Origin: Paenibacillus turpanensis | GTDB lineage: Bacteria; Bacillota; Bacilli; Paenibacillales; YIM-B00363 | Length of the DNA: 64,000 nt | Direction of reading: 5' to 3' | NCBI RefSeq assembly: GCF_011421635.1 | Contig: NZ_WTLI01000007.1 | Location: forward strand, 42,232-106,231 | Part shown: piece after piece, positions 31,443 through 40,926 of the stretch | Layout of the letters: each line of letters starts with the position of its first letter | Numbering within the stretch: the first letter of the stretch is position 1 | The notes under the pieces: model-generated | The model's database searches: none | Told to the model about the DNA's origin: nothing | Seen by the model: only the letters and a program-made list of their open reading frames with translations | Position numbers and translations under genes: made by a program

Positions 31443-32558
31443 ATGTTTAACCAAGTAACCATTCAAGCCGACCAGCGCGGTTTACTCTTTCATAAAGGAA
31501 GCTATGTGAAAAAGCTCAATCCGGGGACCTACCGCTACTTAGCGTGGTCGCAAAATACCGTTGTCGTGCTGAATATCACGAAACCGTTCGTTGTAGAGGG
31601 AAAAGAGCTGCAATTGTTTTTTCAAGATGAAGACCTGGTGCGGGAGCTCGACATCGTACGGGTGCAGGACCACGAGTACGTGCTCCATTACGAGGACGGC
31701 CAATTCGTGCAGCTGCTTAAGCCTGGCACCTACGCCTACTGGAACATACTGAAGAAGCATACGTTCCTGCATGCGGATATTCGAAACCCCGAGCTGCCTG
31801 TCGGGGTAGACCGCTCGATCCTTCCGAAGCTTGCAGTCCACGTGCAGTCTTGCGAAATCGCAAGCTACGAGTCCGGATTTTTGTTTTACGATCATGTTCT
31901 GCAGCGGGAGCTTACTCCCGGCAGGTACTACTTTTGGAAAGGACCCGTTTCGGTTATGGTCAAGTCGGTTGATGGAAGACAGCAGCAAATGGATCTCGTT
32001 GGTCAGGAAATCATGACGGAAGACAAGGTCACGCTGCGCCTGAACTTCGTCTGCCAATACAAGATCGTGAACCCTTTACGAAGCTTGGAAATGAAATCGT
32101 TCGAGGAGCAGATCCACATCCAGCTTCAGCTCATGCTTCGGGAGTATGTCGGAACGCTGAAATTAGATGACCTCTTGAAACGGAAAGAGGACGTAGCATC
32201 CTTCGTCTTGTCCCGTTTACGTGAGAAGGGGGAAGAGTTTGGTGTGCAGTTCCTGAGCGCGGGAGTTAAGGATGTTATTTTGCCGGGGGAAATGAAAGAG
32301 ATCCTAAACACGGTCTTGCTGGCGGAGAAAAAAGCCCAGGCGAACCTCATCACCCGCCGGGAAGAAACGGCCTCGACTCGAAGTCTGCTGAACACGGCTA
32401 AGCTGATGGACGAGAACCAGACGCTCTTCCGTTTGAAGGAGCTGGAGTTCCTCGAGAAAATGTGCGAGAAAATCGGCTCTATCTCTGTAACGGGTGGCGG
32501 AGACCTGTTGGAGCGGTTAAGCTCCCTCATTGGGGAGAAAAGGGCGGCAAGTAAATAA
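31443..32558 (+). CDS. SPFH/Band-7 (slipin-like) domain protein with a novel N-terminal triple-repeat domain, no TM anchor
   Basis: C-terminal 200 aa resemble SPFH proteins (VTLRLNFVCQYKIVNP, AEKKAQANLI..., LKELEFLEKM coiled region). The N-terminal 190 aa contain three L-x-PG-T/R-Y-x-Y/F modules. GGGGG RBS before the ATG at 31443. Confidence 0.7.
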   Translation: MFNQVTIQADQRGLLFHKGSYVKKLNPGTYRYLAWSQNTVVVLNITKPFVVEGKELQLFFQDEDLVRELDIVRVQDHEYVLHYEDGQFVQLLKPGTYAYWNILKKHTFLHADIRNPELPVGVDRSILPKLAVHVQSCEIASYESGFLFYDHVLQRELTPGRYYFWKGPVSVMVKSVDGRQQQMDLVGQEIMTEDKVTLRLNFVCQYKIVNPLRSLEMKSFEEQIHIQLQLMLREYVGTLKLDDLLKRKEDVASFVLSRLREKGEEFGVQFLSAGVKDVILPGEMKEILNTVLLAEKKAQANLITRREETASTRSLLNTAKLMDENQTLFRLKELEFLEKMCEKIGSISVTGGGDLLERLSSLIGEKRAASK

Positions 32559-32586
32559 AGGAGATCGAATCGGCTGTTGGTGCTGA

Positions 32587-32718
<132 letters not shown>

Positions 32719-32796
32719 ATGAGCGGGATCATAAGCTGCGTGAGGCAAAAGGATTGTAGAAGAAGTGAATGATTGATGGATACAGGAGTTGATCTT

Positions 32797-34023
32797 ATGG
32801 CTTATCAAACGATAAACGGCGTTCGTGTCTGGGGGAACCCAGACGACGGAGCAATGACTCAAGCTAAGACATGTGCAGAACACGGTAATGTGGTTCAGAC
32901 CCTTCTCATGGCGGATCATCATAAAGGGTACAGCCAGCCGATCGGTGGGGTCGTGGTCTATGACGGGCAGATTTCCCCATCCGGCGTTGGGTATGATATC
33001 GCTTGCGGGAATAAGGCAGTGCGCACCTGCTTGACCGCAGCAGATGTAAAACCCAAATTGAATAAGGTGATGGATGAGATTGCCCGCAGAATATCTTTTG
33101 GCGTGGGACGCGTTAACAATGAAAAGGTGGACCATGAGCTTTTTGATGATCCGGATTGGGACGTTTATAAGGCGGTAGGCAAGCAGGAGCATAACAAGCT
33201 GAAGGCATTGGCGCGAGACCAGCTCGGAACAGTCGGAAGCGGTAACCACTTCGTAGACCTGTTTGTGGAAATGGAAACAGGCCGATTGTGGATTGCCAAC
33301 CACTTCGGAAGCAGAGGGTTCGGACATAAAACAGCGAGCGGGTTTATCAACCTGGCTGCTGGTAGGAAGTTTCTCGCTAATGCCCCCGGGGAAAAGATGG
33401 ACCAAGCGCCTGTGCTGCTTGATCTTGGTAGTGAGCTGGGGGATATGTATTACCGGGCGATGAAGCTGGCGGGACGCTACGCTTATGCAGGACGGGATTA
33501 TGTGATCCGTCAGGTGTTAGACATTCTGGGGACGGAAGCCGACCTTGAAGTGCATAACCATCATAACTATGCCTGGAAAGAGGTGCATGACGGCAAGGAG
33601 GTCATGGTTGTGCGTAAAGGAGCGACCCCTTCTTCGCCAGGCCAGGTTGGTTTTATCGGTGGCAGCATGGGGGATATCTCCGTTATCGTCAAAGGGAAGG
33701 ACAGCGAAGAGAATCGGGACGCTTACTACAGCACCGTTCATGGAGCGGGACGGATCATGAGCCGGACTCAGGCAGCAGGAAAAATGAACTGGAAAACCCG
33801 CACCAGAAGCGGCGGCCAAATCAGTACAGAGCAGATGATGGAGGCCGTTCGGGGTTATGGTGTGGAGCTGCGTGGCGCAGGTACGGATGAGAGTCCGTTT
33901 GTATACCGGAAGCTTCAAGAGGTGCTTGATGCGCATGCCGAAACGATTGAGGTCCTGCATGTGTTGAAGCCTATCGGTGTTTGCATGGCCGGTGCGGATG
34001 AATTTGATCCGTACAAGGATTAA
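32797..34023 (+). CDS. rtcB: RNA 3'-phosphate/2',3'-cyclic phosphate ligase RtcB
   Basis: HHKGYSQPIGGV, GYDIACG, GSGNHF, HNHHNYAWKE and VHGAGR motifs. Start ambiguous between 32773, 32776 and 32797. Confidence 0.9.
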   Translation: MAYQTINGVRVWGNPDDGAMTQAKTCAEHGNVVQTLLMADHHKGYSQPIGGVVVYDGQISPSGVGYDIACGNKAVRTCLTAADVKPKLNKVMDEIARRISFGVGRVNNEKVDHELFDDPDWDVYKAVGKQEHNKLKALARDQLGTVGSGNHFVDLFVEMETGRLWIANHFGSRGFGHKTASGFINLAAGRKFLANAPGEKMDQAPVLLDLGSELGDMYYRAMKLAGRYAYAGRDYVIRQVLDILGTEADLEVHNHHNYAWKEVHDGKEVMVVRKGATPSSPGQVGFIGGSMGDISVIVKGKDSEENRDAYYSTVHGAGRIMSRTQAAGKMNWKTRTRSGGQISTEQMMEAVRGYGVELRGAGTDESPFVYRKLQEVLDAHAETIEVLHVLKPIGVCMAGADEFDPYKD

Positions 34024-34167
34024 TGGGCGGGTAACTGAATTCTTGCAGCATTTGAGGTGATTACGTGATTCTTTATAAGAACAGTCGCATCACACCCGGC
34101 CTGTAGGGGAAGACATAGATCTCTTGGCTCCCTTGCAGGCTGGGCTTTTCCCAAGGGGTGTGATGGA

Positions 34168-34398
34168 ATGAAGAGAAAAGGCGTGAATCGTTCTCGTGCC
34201 TATTACCGGCATCATCGTAGTAGGGTGATCCAGCGGAAAAGCAGACTTGCTCAACAGCTTGGCTGGCATGAGAAGTGTAAAGGGATTTTTGCTAAGGGCA
34301 AAATCCATTGTTCCTGTTCGTATTGCAGGAAGAAGACGAGCGAAATGGGGCTGCCTAAGTCTGAGTTGGTAAGGTTGGAAGGACTGAACGAAAAGTAA
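34168..34398 (+). CDS. Hypothetical small basic Cys-containing protein
   Basis: 76 aa, pI very high, HCSCSYC cluster. Weak RBS. Confidence 0.35.
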   Translation: MKRKGVNRSRAYYRHHRSRVIQRKSRLAQQLGWHEKCKGIFAKGKIHCSCSYCRKKTSEMGLPKSELVRLEGLNEK

Positions 34399-34459
34399 AT
34401 TTTGTTGCTGCGTGAGCTGTCCCTTAGCTTCATGGTATAAGGACAGCTTTCTTTTTTGA

Positions 34460-34756
34460 CTAATAGTTTTTTCGAATTCTGCTCAGTGTAACGAAGGATA
34501 TAACATTTGAAACGATCATTATTACCGCAACCAATAGTTTGTAAACCTGTAATGAATACTGCAAAAATGTATCAGTTAGGAGCAAAAGGCTAATGAGCAG
34601 GCAAATAATTGAAAACGAAAGCCGTGCTGAATCACCCCTTATGATCTGCCCGCGTTCGTCCATGCCCTCTTCTCTGGAAAACCTTCTATCGTAGTATAAG
34701 TTATAAACTACAGCAACTATGGCAATGGACCAGACCGCAACTTCCAACCAATTCAT
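34460..34756 (-). CDS. Small membrane protein co-transcribed with an XRE regulator
   Basis: 98 aa, three predicted TM helices. Start overlaps the upstream XRE gene's stop by 4 nt. Confidence 0.5.
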   Translation of the reverse strand: MNWLEVAVWSIAIVAVVYNLYYDRRFSREEGMDERGQIIRGDSARLSFSIICLLISLLLLTDTFLQYSLQVYKLLVAVIMIVSNVISFVTLSRIRKNY

Positions 34757-34986
34757 TCTGTTTCCTCCTTTTCATATTCTTCAAATTGGAACACTTCAGT
34801 AATCTCAACCTTAAACAGCTTGGCGATCTTGAAGGCTAAGATTAAAGACGGGTTGTATTTATTTGCTTCGATTGAGGCAATTGTTTGTCTGCTCACACCT
34901 AAACGGTCGGCCATTTCCTGCTGGGACCATTTTCTTGTTGCTCTTAAGAGATAAACATTGTTTTGAAGCTCTCCATTGATCTCCAT
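34753..34986 (-). CDS. XRE-family helix-turn-helix transcriptional regulator
   Basis: LRATRKWSQQEMADRLGVSRQTIASIEANKYNPSLILAFKIAKLF, a canonical Cro/C1 HTH. GGAGGGGG RBS before the ATG at 34986. Confidence 0.75.
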   Translation of the reverse strand: MEINGELQNNVYLLRATRKWSQQEMADRLGVSRQTIASIEANKYNPSLILAFKIAKLFKVEITEVFQFEEYEKEETE

Positions 34987-35504
34987 TTTCCCCCTCCTCA
35001 AATTCATTGTAATAAATTTCATGCAATTTGTAAACTATTTATAACATAACGTAATTTATTTTACTCAAATGGCTTGTAATTTTGATTAGAAGCACTCCGG
35101 TGGGTGAATAGACTTTATCGTGGGTGGACGAATTCGACTTGGGTTTATGACGTTTGAAACTGAAAAAGAAAAAAGATGCCGTTGGAGGCACCTTTTAATA
35201 CTGAAGCCCAGACGCAAAATAAAACAAGCTAACCTGGTTACATAAAAGGCAGAAGCTTAATGACGCCTCCATAGTATAGACAGGTGCTTTTTATGAGATA
35301 GATATCAACTCAGGGTGATCTAACTTCAATAAAAAATTGCTAAGATAACTAAAGTGTGTTATGATAAATTTATTGAAATTTTGACCTGAACTCACATATT
35401 GTAGAGGGTTGTGATTTTAAATTCAGAACCTTGTACAATATGTGATTTTTTATTTTTACGAAAATGTAGAGGTCATGTAAATAAAAATTAGGAGGTAATT
35501 TTTT

Positions 35505-35705
35505 ATGCAAACAGGAACAGTTAAATGGTTTAACGCAGAAAAAGGTTTTGGTTTTATCGAGGTTGAAGGTGGCAATGACGTATTCGTTCATTTTAGTGCG
35601 ATTGTAAGTGATGGCTTCAAATCGCTAGATGAAGGTCAACGCGTTGAATTCAACGTGGTACAAGGCAATCGCGGTCCACAAGCTGAGAATGTTGTAAAGT
35701 TGTAA
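35505..35705 (+). CDS. cspA: Cold-shock protein (CspA family)
   Basis: 66 aa. [35 protein letters not shown]-rich leader of about 480 nt, typical of csp 5' UTRs. Confidence 0.95.
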   Translation: MQTGTVKWFNAEKGFGFIEVEGGNDVFVHFSAIVSDGFKSLDEGQRVEFNVVQGNRGPQAENVVKL

Positions 35706-35785
35706 ATTGATCAAAAGTCCCAAACGTCGCGTTTGGGATTTTTTATTTTCTGCCCGTAATTCTAAGAGAGAAAGAAGGATGCATC

Positions 35786-35998
35786 TTGTACTATTCACGG
35801 AAAAGGCCAACGGAAGATCTTCCAGAGGAAATAACGGCCATTTGGTCGTGCACCAATGAAAAGTGCAACGGATGGATGAGAGATAATTTTGTGTTTTTGA
35901 TTCAGCCGACATGTGTCCAATGCCAATCCCTTATGGAGAAAGGCGAAAAAAAGCTTTCAATCGTGGTAAATACGAGCCCTTTTCAAAAGAAACGTTGA
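35786..35998 (+). CDS. ydjO: YdjO-like cold-inducible zinc-ribbon protein
   Basis: 70 aa. WSCTNEKCNGW...PTCVQCQ Cys4 ribbon like B. subtilis YdjO. TTG start with AGAAGGA RBS. Placed next to csp. Confidence 0.55.
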   Translation: MYYSRKRPTEDLPEEITAIWSCTNEKCNGWMRDNFVFLIQPTCVQCQSLMEKGEKKLSIVVNTSPFQKKR

Positions 35999-36023
35999 TT
36001 TACTAAGGCATCGGGAGACTTTT

Positions 36024-36060
36024 GGGGCTCAGGTGACATCAAATCTGTCCCTGCACCATA
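36024..36060 (+). repeat. Copy of an internal tmRNA segment (ssrA positions about 17765-17804)
   Basis: GGGGC..TCaGGTGACATCAAAtCTGTccCTgCACC versus tmRNA GGGGCgctgcTCgGGTGACATCAAAaCTGTgaCTaCACC. About 30 of 35 identical, allowing for a 5-nt gap. Highly unlikely by chance in 64 kb. Confidence 0.45.
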
Positions 36061-36359
36061 GAATTCGTGCCCTTAAATCCTTCGTGGATCCTATTATCTG
36101 AACCCGGCTGGACTGGGCGCTGCGGATATTCCGGCGGTGGAGAAGCGGGTGGGGGACGGTAGAGGTAGGTAAGAAGCTCAAGGTACCCTTAGGGGTGCCT
36201 TTTTTCGTTTTTCCGAGGGTTGGTAAGGGACTTGCCACAGACTTAGGCCAACAATTGGGAAGAGGGATTTTGTCGAAGGCTGACGAAACAGTGAGTAGGG
36301 TATTGTGAAAGCAGTATTCAACCGGCGACGGATGACATAGGAAAGCGGAGGACGAATTC

Positions 36360-39300
36360 TTGCTTAGAAAGCGTAAAGTATTGATGCTGCTGCTGGGTCT
36401 TGGGATCGCTGCTTTTCTGGCTCTGTATTACATAGGGCAAGCGTATCTCTCCCGAAGCATGCAGACTCCGCAGGTTCGTGATGGTGTAATCGATCTGACA
36501 GAGTGGGACTTCACGAAAGAGGAAACGGTAAAGCTGCAAGGATCATGGCAGTTTTATTGGAACCAGCTTCTTTTACCTAATCAGGAGGGGGAGCGAACAG
36601 GCTATCTGAACGTACCAGGGCAATGGAACCGGGACGGCTATCCTGCAAAAGGCGCCGTAACCTATCGGATGCTCGTCAAAGTGAAGCCTTCCTCCATGAT
36701 TTACGGCATGCGAGTTTCGAATGTGCAAATGGCCAGCGCCGTCTATGTCAATGGGGTGGAGCTGGGCCGGAGCGGCCAGCCTGCCATGACGAAAAATGAG
36801 TACAAGCCGGAAAACAAACCGTATACTCTCTATTTTCCCATTGAAGGGGATACAGCGGAAATTATTTTACATGCGGCAAACTTTGATTTTATTAATGGCG
36901 GAATCACGTATAACATTCATTTCGGCAGCATGAAGGCAATTAACCATTTGGATAAAAGGATTACGGGTCTGGATGTTCTTGTTGTGATGGCGCTCGGGCT
37001 GATCGGGCTCTACCATCTGGGGATATTTTTGAAGCGGAGACAAGAGAAGAGTTTACTTTATTTCGGTCTATATTGCATCGTTGCGGCATTTGCCTTTGGC
37101 TGTTTAAGCGACAAGCTGTTCATACAAATATTTTACTGGCTTCCTTTTGAGCTTTCACACAAATTACAGCTGATCGTGATCAACGGCTCGATAATCATGC
37201 TTGCATTGTTTATTCGAACCCTGTGCTCTACCATTGTGCCTGCATGGTTTTTTAGATCGGTCTTTATCATCTACGGTCTCTTTTCACTGTTTGGCGCGCT
37301 TGTTCCATTTCAGATATACTCCCATTTTACTTTTATATTCAGTGCGCTTCAGGTGGTCGTTTATGTGTCCGTGATCTGGATGCTGTCGGCCTCGAAGGAA
37401 AACCGCTACGGGAATTATAACCGACAAAGCATCATTATTCTGATCCTCGGCTTTTACGCGCTGTTAATCTGTCTGATTGACAATTCCTTATATATATTAG
37501 GGCAATTGCCTAACAATTATTTAGGGAACTTTAGCACGATGGCATTTGCATTTCTCATTTCGATGATGCTGTCCTTCCGCTTCTCTGACGCCTATAAGAC
37601 GATCGAAACGATGACCGAAAAGCTGCTGGAATCGGATCGACTGAAGGATGAATTTTTGATTAATACGTCTCATGAGCTCCAAACGCCTTTGAACGGGATT
37701 TTGAATATATCCCAATCGATGCTGGAGGAAGCGGGTGGAAGTATCAGCGAAAAGCAGCATTTGAATTTAATCATCGTTCAGGAATCGGCACGAAGATTGT
37801 CGGCGCTTGTGGGAGACATTCTGGATATGGAAAGAATCAAGCGAAATGATCTGCTCTTGCACATGGCCGCTGTTGATGTCAGGGTTACGGTATCGATTGT
37901 TCTTGAGGTGGCAAAGCACCTTGCCTCCGGCAAAGAGATCCGCATCGTCAATCGGATTCCGGAGGACCTACCGCCCGTCCATGCAGATGAAAATCGGCTG
38001 AGACAGATTCTTCTTAACCTAATCGGGAACGCGATTAAGTTTACCGATCAGGGAGAAGTGGAGATTATAGCAGAACCCGATGGGGACCGCATGAAAATCA
38101 TCGTTCAGGATTCCGGAATAGGTATCGCTCTTTCGGACTGGAAGCATGTTTTCGAACCGTTTAATCAAGCGGAGGGAGAACGTTCACAGGGGTATGGCGG
38201 CGTCGGCTTGGGACTGTCCATATCGCGCCAGCTGGTTCATTTGATGGACGGGGACATTTTCATTGAAAGGTCAGAGCCTGGGGTGGGGACTCGTATTGCT
38301 TTTGTATTGCCTGTATCAGAAGCTCGGTCTGCCCCAGTCCGGCTGCCGCGTAAGCACGAGATGTCGGTGCAGCCTGCGCAAAAAGAGCCTCTTAACGGTG
38401 GAGACTCCAAGCCGGGTGTGTTTACTTTGCTGGCCGTGGATGATGAGGAATCCAATCTACAAGTGTTAAGGAACCTGTTCGCAGGGGAGGAATACAGTCT
38501 TTATACGGCAGCCAACGGGCGGGAAGCGCTTCGTATTTTACAAACCAATCGAACGATTGATTTGGTTTTGCTTGATGTCATGATGCCGCAGCTATCTGGG
38601 TATGAGGTATGCCGAGAAATTCGCAGCAAGCATACGTTGTTTGACCTGCCGGTAATTATCCTGACGGTTCGGAGTACGCCACAAGATATTGCAGCGGGCC
38701 TCGCGGCCGGAGCCAACGATTTTATCGCCAAGCCCTTCAATGCTGTGGAAGTAAGGGCCAGGGTGAAGACGCTGCTGGAGCTGAAAAAGTCGGTGCGGGA
38801 TGCGATGGATGCGGAGATGGCTTTTTTGCAGGCGCAGATAAAGCCTCATTTCTTGTATAATGCCTTGAGCAGCGTGATATCATTCTGTTACTCAGACGGG
38901 GAAAAGGCGGCGTTTCTGCTATCGCGGCTCAGCCAGTACCTCCGGCATATTCTGGATATGGACAGGCATGAAATGCTGGTGCCCTTGAGCCGGGAGATGG
39001 AGCTGATCGAGGCTTATGTGGATATCGAGAAAGCTCGCTTCGATGACAGCTTTGAGTTCGTGAGCCATGTGGAGGAAGGGCTGAGGGTGATGTCGATACC
39101 TTCCCTTTGCATTCAACCGTTTGTGGAAAATGCCATCCGGCACGGCCTCTTCAACAAGGGGGGCCGGGGAACGGTTACCCTGACCGTGAAGAGTGATGCG
39201 GATGCAGTAGAGGTGACGATCGAAGATGACGGTGCAGGCATGCCTGAAGATATTCTGTTACGAATCACAAACACCGGTGCCAGTCCGGGGAACGGAGCAG

Positions 39301-39425
39301 GTATCGGAATCCGTAATGTACAGCGCCGATTGGATTCGATCTTTGGTGCATCTCTAAAAGTGGCTTCGGGTCCGGATTGGGGAACACGGATCACTATGCG
39401 GATCCCGACGGATACGGGAGTATAA
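36360..39425 (+). CDS. Hybrid sensor kinase: 7TMR-DISM-type sensor, HisKA/HATPase_c, REC, then a second LytS/YesM-type His_kinase/HATPase_c core
   Basis: 1021 aa. Periplasmic N-domain, then about 7 TM helices. H-box SHELQTPLNGI with G1/G2 boxes. Receiver domain with LLAVDDEESN...LLDVMMP. Then FLQAQIKPHFLYNAL, a PF06580-type H-box, with a second HATPase. TTG start. Confidence 0.85.
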   Translation: MLRKRKVLMLLLGLGIAAFLALYYIGQAYLSRSMQTPQVRDGVIDLTEWDFTKEETVKLQGSWQFYWNQLLLPNQEGERTGYLNVPGQWNRDGYPAKGAVTYRMLVKVKPSSMIYGMRVSNVQMASAVYVNGVELGRSGQPAMTKNEYKPENKPYTLYFPIEGDTAEIILHAANFDFINGGITYNIHFGSMKAINHLDKRITGLDVLVVMALGLIGLYHLGIFLKRRQEKSLLYFGLYCIVAAFAFGCLSDKLFIQIFYWLPFELSHKLQLIVINGSIIMLALFIRTLCSTIVPAWFFRSVFIIYGLFSLFGALVPFQIYSHFTFIFSALQVVVYVSVIWMLSASKENRYGNYNRQSIIILILGFYALLICLIDNSLYILGQLPNNYLGNFSTMAFAFLISMMLSFRFSDAYKTIETMTEKLLESDRLKDEFLINTSHELQTPLNGILNISQSMLEEAGGSISEKQHLNLIIVQESARRLSALVGDILDMERIKRNDLLLHMAAVDVRVTVSIVLEVAKHLASGKEIRIVNRIPEDLPPVHADENRLRQILLNLIGNAIKFTDQGEVEIIAEPDGDRMKIIVQDSGIGIALSDWKHVFEPFNQAEGERSQGYGGVGLGLSISRQLVHLMDGDIFIERSEPGVGTRIAFVLPVSEARSAPVRLPRKHEMSVQPAQKEPLNGGDSKPGVFTLLAVDDEESNLQVLRNLFAGEEYSLYTAANGREALRILQTNRTIDLVLLDVMMPQLSGYEVCREIRSKHTLFDLPVIILTVRSTPQDIAAGLAAGANDFIAKPFNAVEVRARVKTLLELKKSVRDAMDAEMAFLQAQIKPHFLYNALSSVISFCYSDGEKAAFLLSRLSQYLRHILDMDRHEMLVPLSREMELIEAYVDIEKARFDDSFEFVSHVEEGLRVMSIPSLCIQPFVENAIRHGLFNKGGRGTVTLTVKSDADAVEVTIEDDGAGMPEDILLRITNTGASPGNGAGIGIRNVQRRLDSIFGASLKVASGPDWGTRITMRIPTDTGV

Positions 39426-39450
39426 ACCTTTTTAGGAAGAGGGAAAAGCA

Positions 39451-40566
39451 ATGTTCAGCGTCGTAATCGTGGAGGATGAAAAACCGATTTTGGAGCTAAT
39501 GAAGGTTATCGTTGGCCGCAGCCCACATTGTCGGATTATAGCCTCTTTCAGCAATCCCCAGGAAGCGCTGGAACAGCTGCCGGAGCTGCAGCCGGATATT
39601 GCATTTCTAGATATAGAGATGCCCAAGCTCTCCGGTCTTGAGCTGGCACGGAAGCTTAATGAGTGCTGCGAAGGCACTCGCATTGTCTTCACCACCGCGT
39701 ACAAGGATTATGCGCTGGAGGCATTTCAGGTTTTTGCCTTCGATTACCTGTTGAAGCCGGTTATGCCGGACGCGATCGACCGGATTACGAGCCGCTTGCT
39801 GAAGGAGGCGGCCCGTGCGGACGTCTCGGTAACGCCTTCGCGGAAGGTCTCCATACGCTGCTTCGGCAGCTTTGAGGTGCGAGGCGCCGAAGGCGAGCTG
39901 GTGCGGTGGCCTACTCGAAAGACAGAAGAATTATTCGCGTATCTGCTGTGCTGGCCCAATCAGGACATCAGCAAGTGGAAGCTGGTGGACATGCTCTGGC
40001 CGGAGTTGGACGAACAGCGTGCCGTTCATAACTTGCATAACAACGTGTACCGTCTAAAAAAGCTCTTGAAGGAGCAAGAAATCGGGATGGGAGTCATCCG
40101 AACGGTGGACGGATACATGCTGAACACGATGAATGTAACCTATGATCTGCAGGAATTCCAGGACAACCTTCCGGTGCAGGGCGAGCTGGAGCGGTCGGAA
40201 ACGGAGCGGTTGGAGGCTCTGTGTGCCATGTACAGCGGCCCGCTGCTGGGCCACAAGGATTACATGTGGAAGGTTCAGCTCGAGGAAAATTGCAGCAAGC
40301 AGTACAGAGCTGCCGGCGGTCGGTTAGCTGAACAATACATGGCGGGAAGGGAATGGGATAAAGCCGAGCAGCGGCTAATGTCCTGTCTCTCACTATTTCC
40401 GCTGGATGAGGAGCTCCATCTGCTTCTTCTGAGGGTGTTGGCGGCAACAGGAAAAAAGGAACAGATCGCCCGCCATTTCTCTCTTTTCGTTGAACAACAC
40501 CGGAGGGAGCTGGGAATGGAGGTTCCGGTTGAATTCAGCCGAAAAGCCGGGCTGCTTATGAAATAG
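39451..40566 (+). CDS. Response regulator: REC plus OmpR-like winged helix plus BTAD (SARP-like)
   Basis: VIVEDEKPILELM...FLDIEMP receiver. The C-terminus carries an OmpR-type DNA-binding segment and a TPR-like BTAD region. Confidence 0.8.
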   Translation: MFSVVIVEDEKPILELMKVIVGRSPHCRIIASFSNPQEALEQLPELQPDIAFLDIEMPKLSGLELARKLNECCEGTRIVFTTAYKDYALEAFQVFAFDYLLKPVMPDAIDRITSRLLKEAARADVSVTPSRKVSIRCFGSFEVRGAEGELVRWPTRKTEELFAYLLCWPNQDISKWKLVDMLWPELDEQRAVHNLHNNVYRLKKLLKEQEIGMGVIRTVDGYMLNTMNVTYDLQEFQDNLPVQGELERSETERLEALCAMYSGPLLGHKDYMWKVQLEENCSKQYRAAGGRLAEQYMAGREWDKAEQRLMSCLSLFPLDEELHLLLLRVLAATGKKEQIARHFSLFVEQHRRELGMEVPVEFSRKAGLLMK

Positions 40567-40926
40567 CTGCGGCCCGTCAGAGTTAAGGATAAATGATAAT
40601 ATGGAAGGAAGTCTCGCCCTTGCAGCTGATATTCTGCAAGGGTTATTTCTGTTTAAGGAAATTCCAACCTCTGTAACTTTATGGCAAATGCTAAAATATA
40701 GGTCTATAGGACTATTTGTTAGAGGTAAATGCTCGGGTTTGAGAGAATTTTGAGAGAAGGTTGTTCTATAATTAGAACGATAATTAGCGAATGAAGTCAC
40801 AGGAGAGAAAATGATGTTGAAAGATGTCGAATATTCAGGTTCGGTTTGTGACTAGCCTCGTTAGTGTCGATTGCGTAAGGAAATGCAGAAAATTTTCGTG
40901 ATAAACGAAGAGGAGAGAACAGCAAG

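Noticed and set aside
36061-36240. GC-rich segment between ydjO and the sensor kinase, ending in a hairpin plus T-run (about 36170-36200), considered as a possible small RNA or riboswitch
   Set aside because: I recognise no riboswitch consensus. The segment is most simply the 3' UTR and terminator of the csp-ydjO region, adjacent to the tmRNA-fragment repeat.
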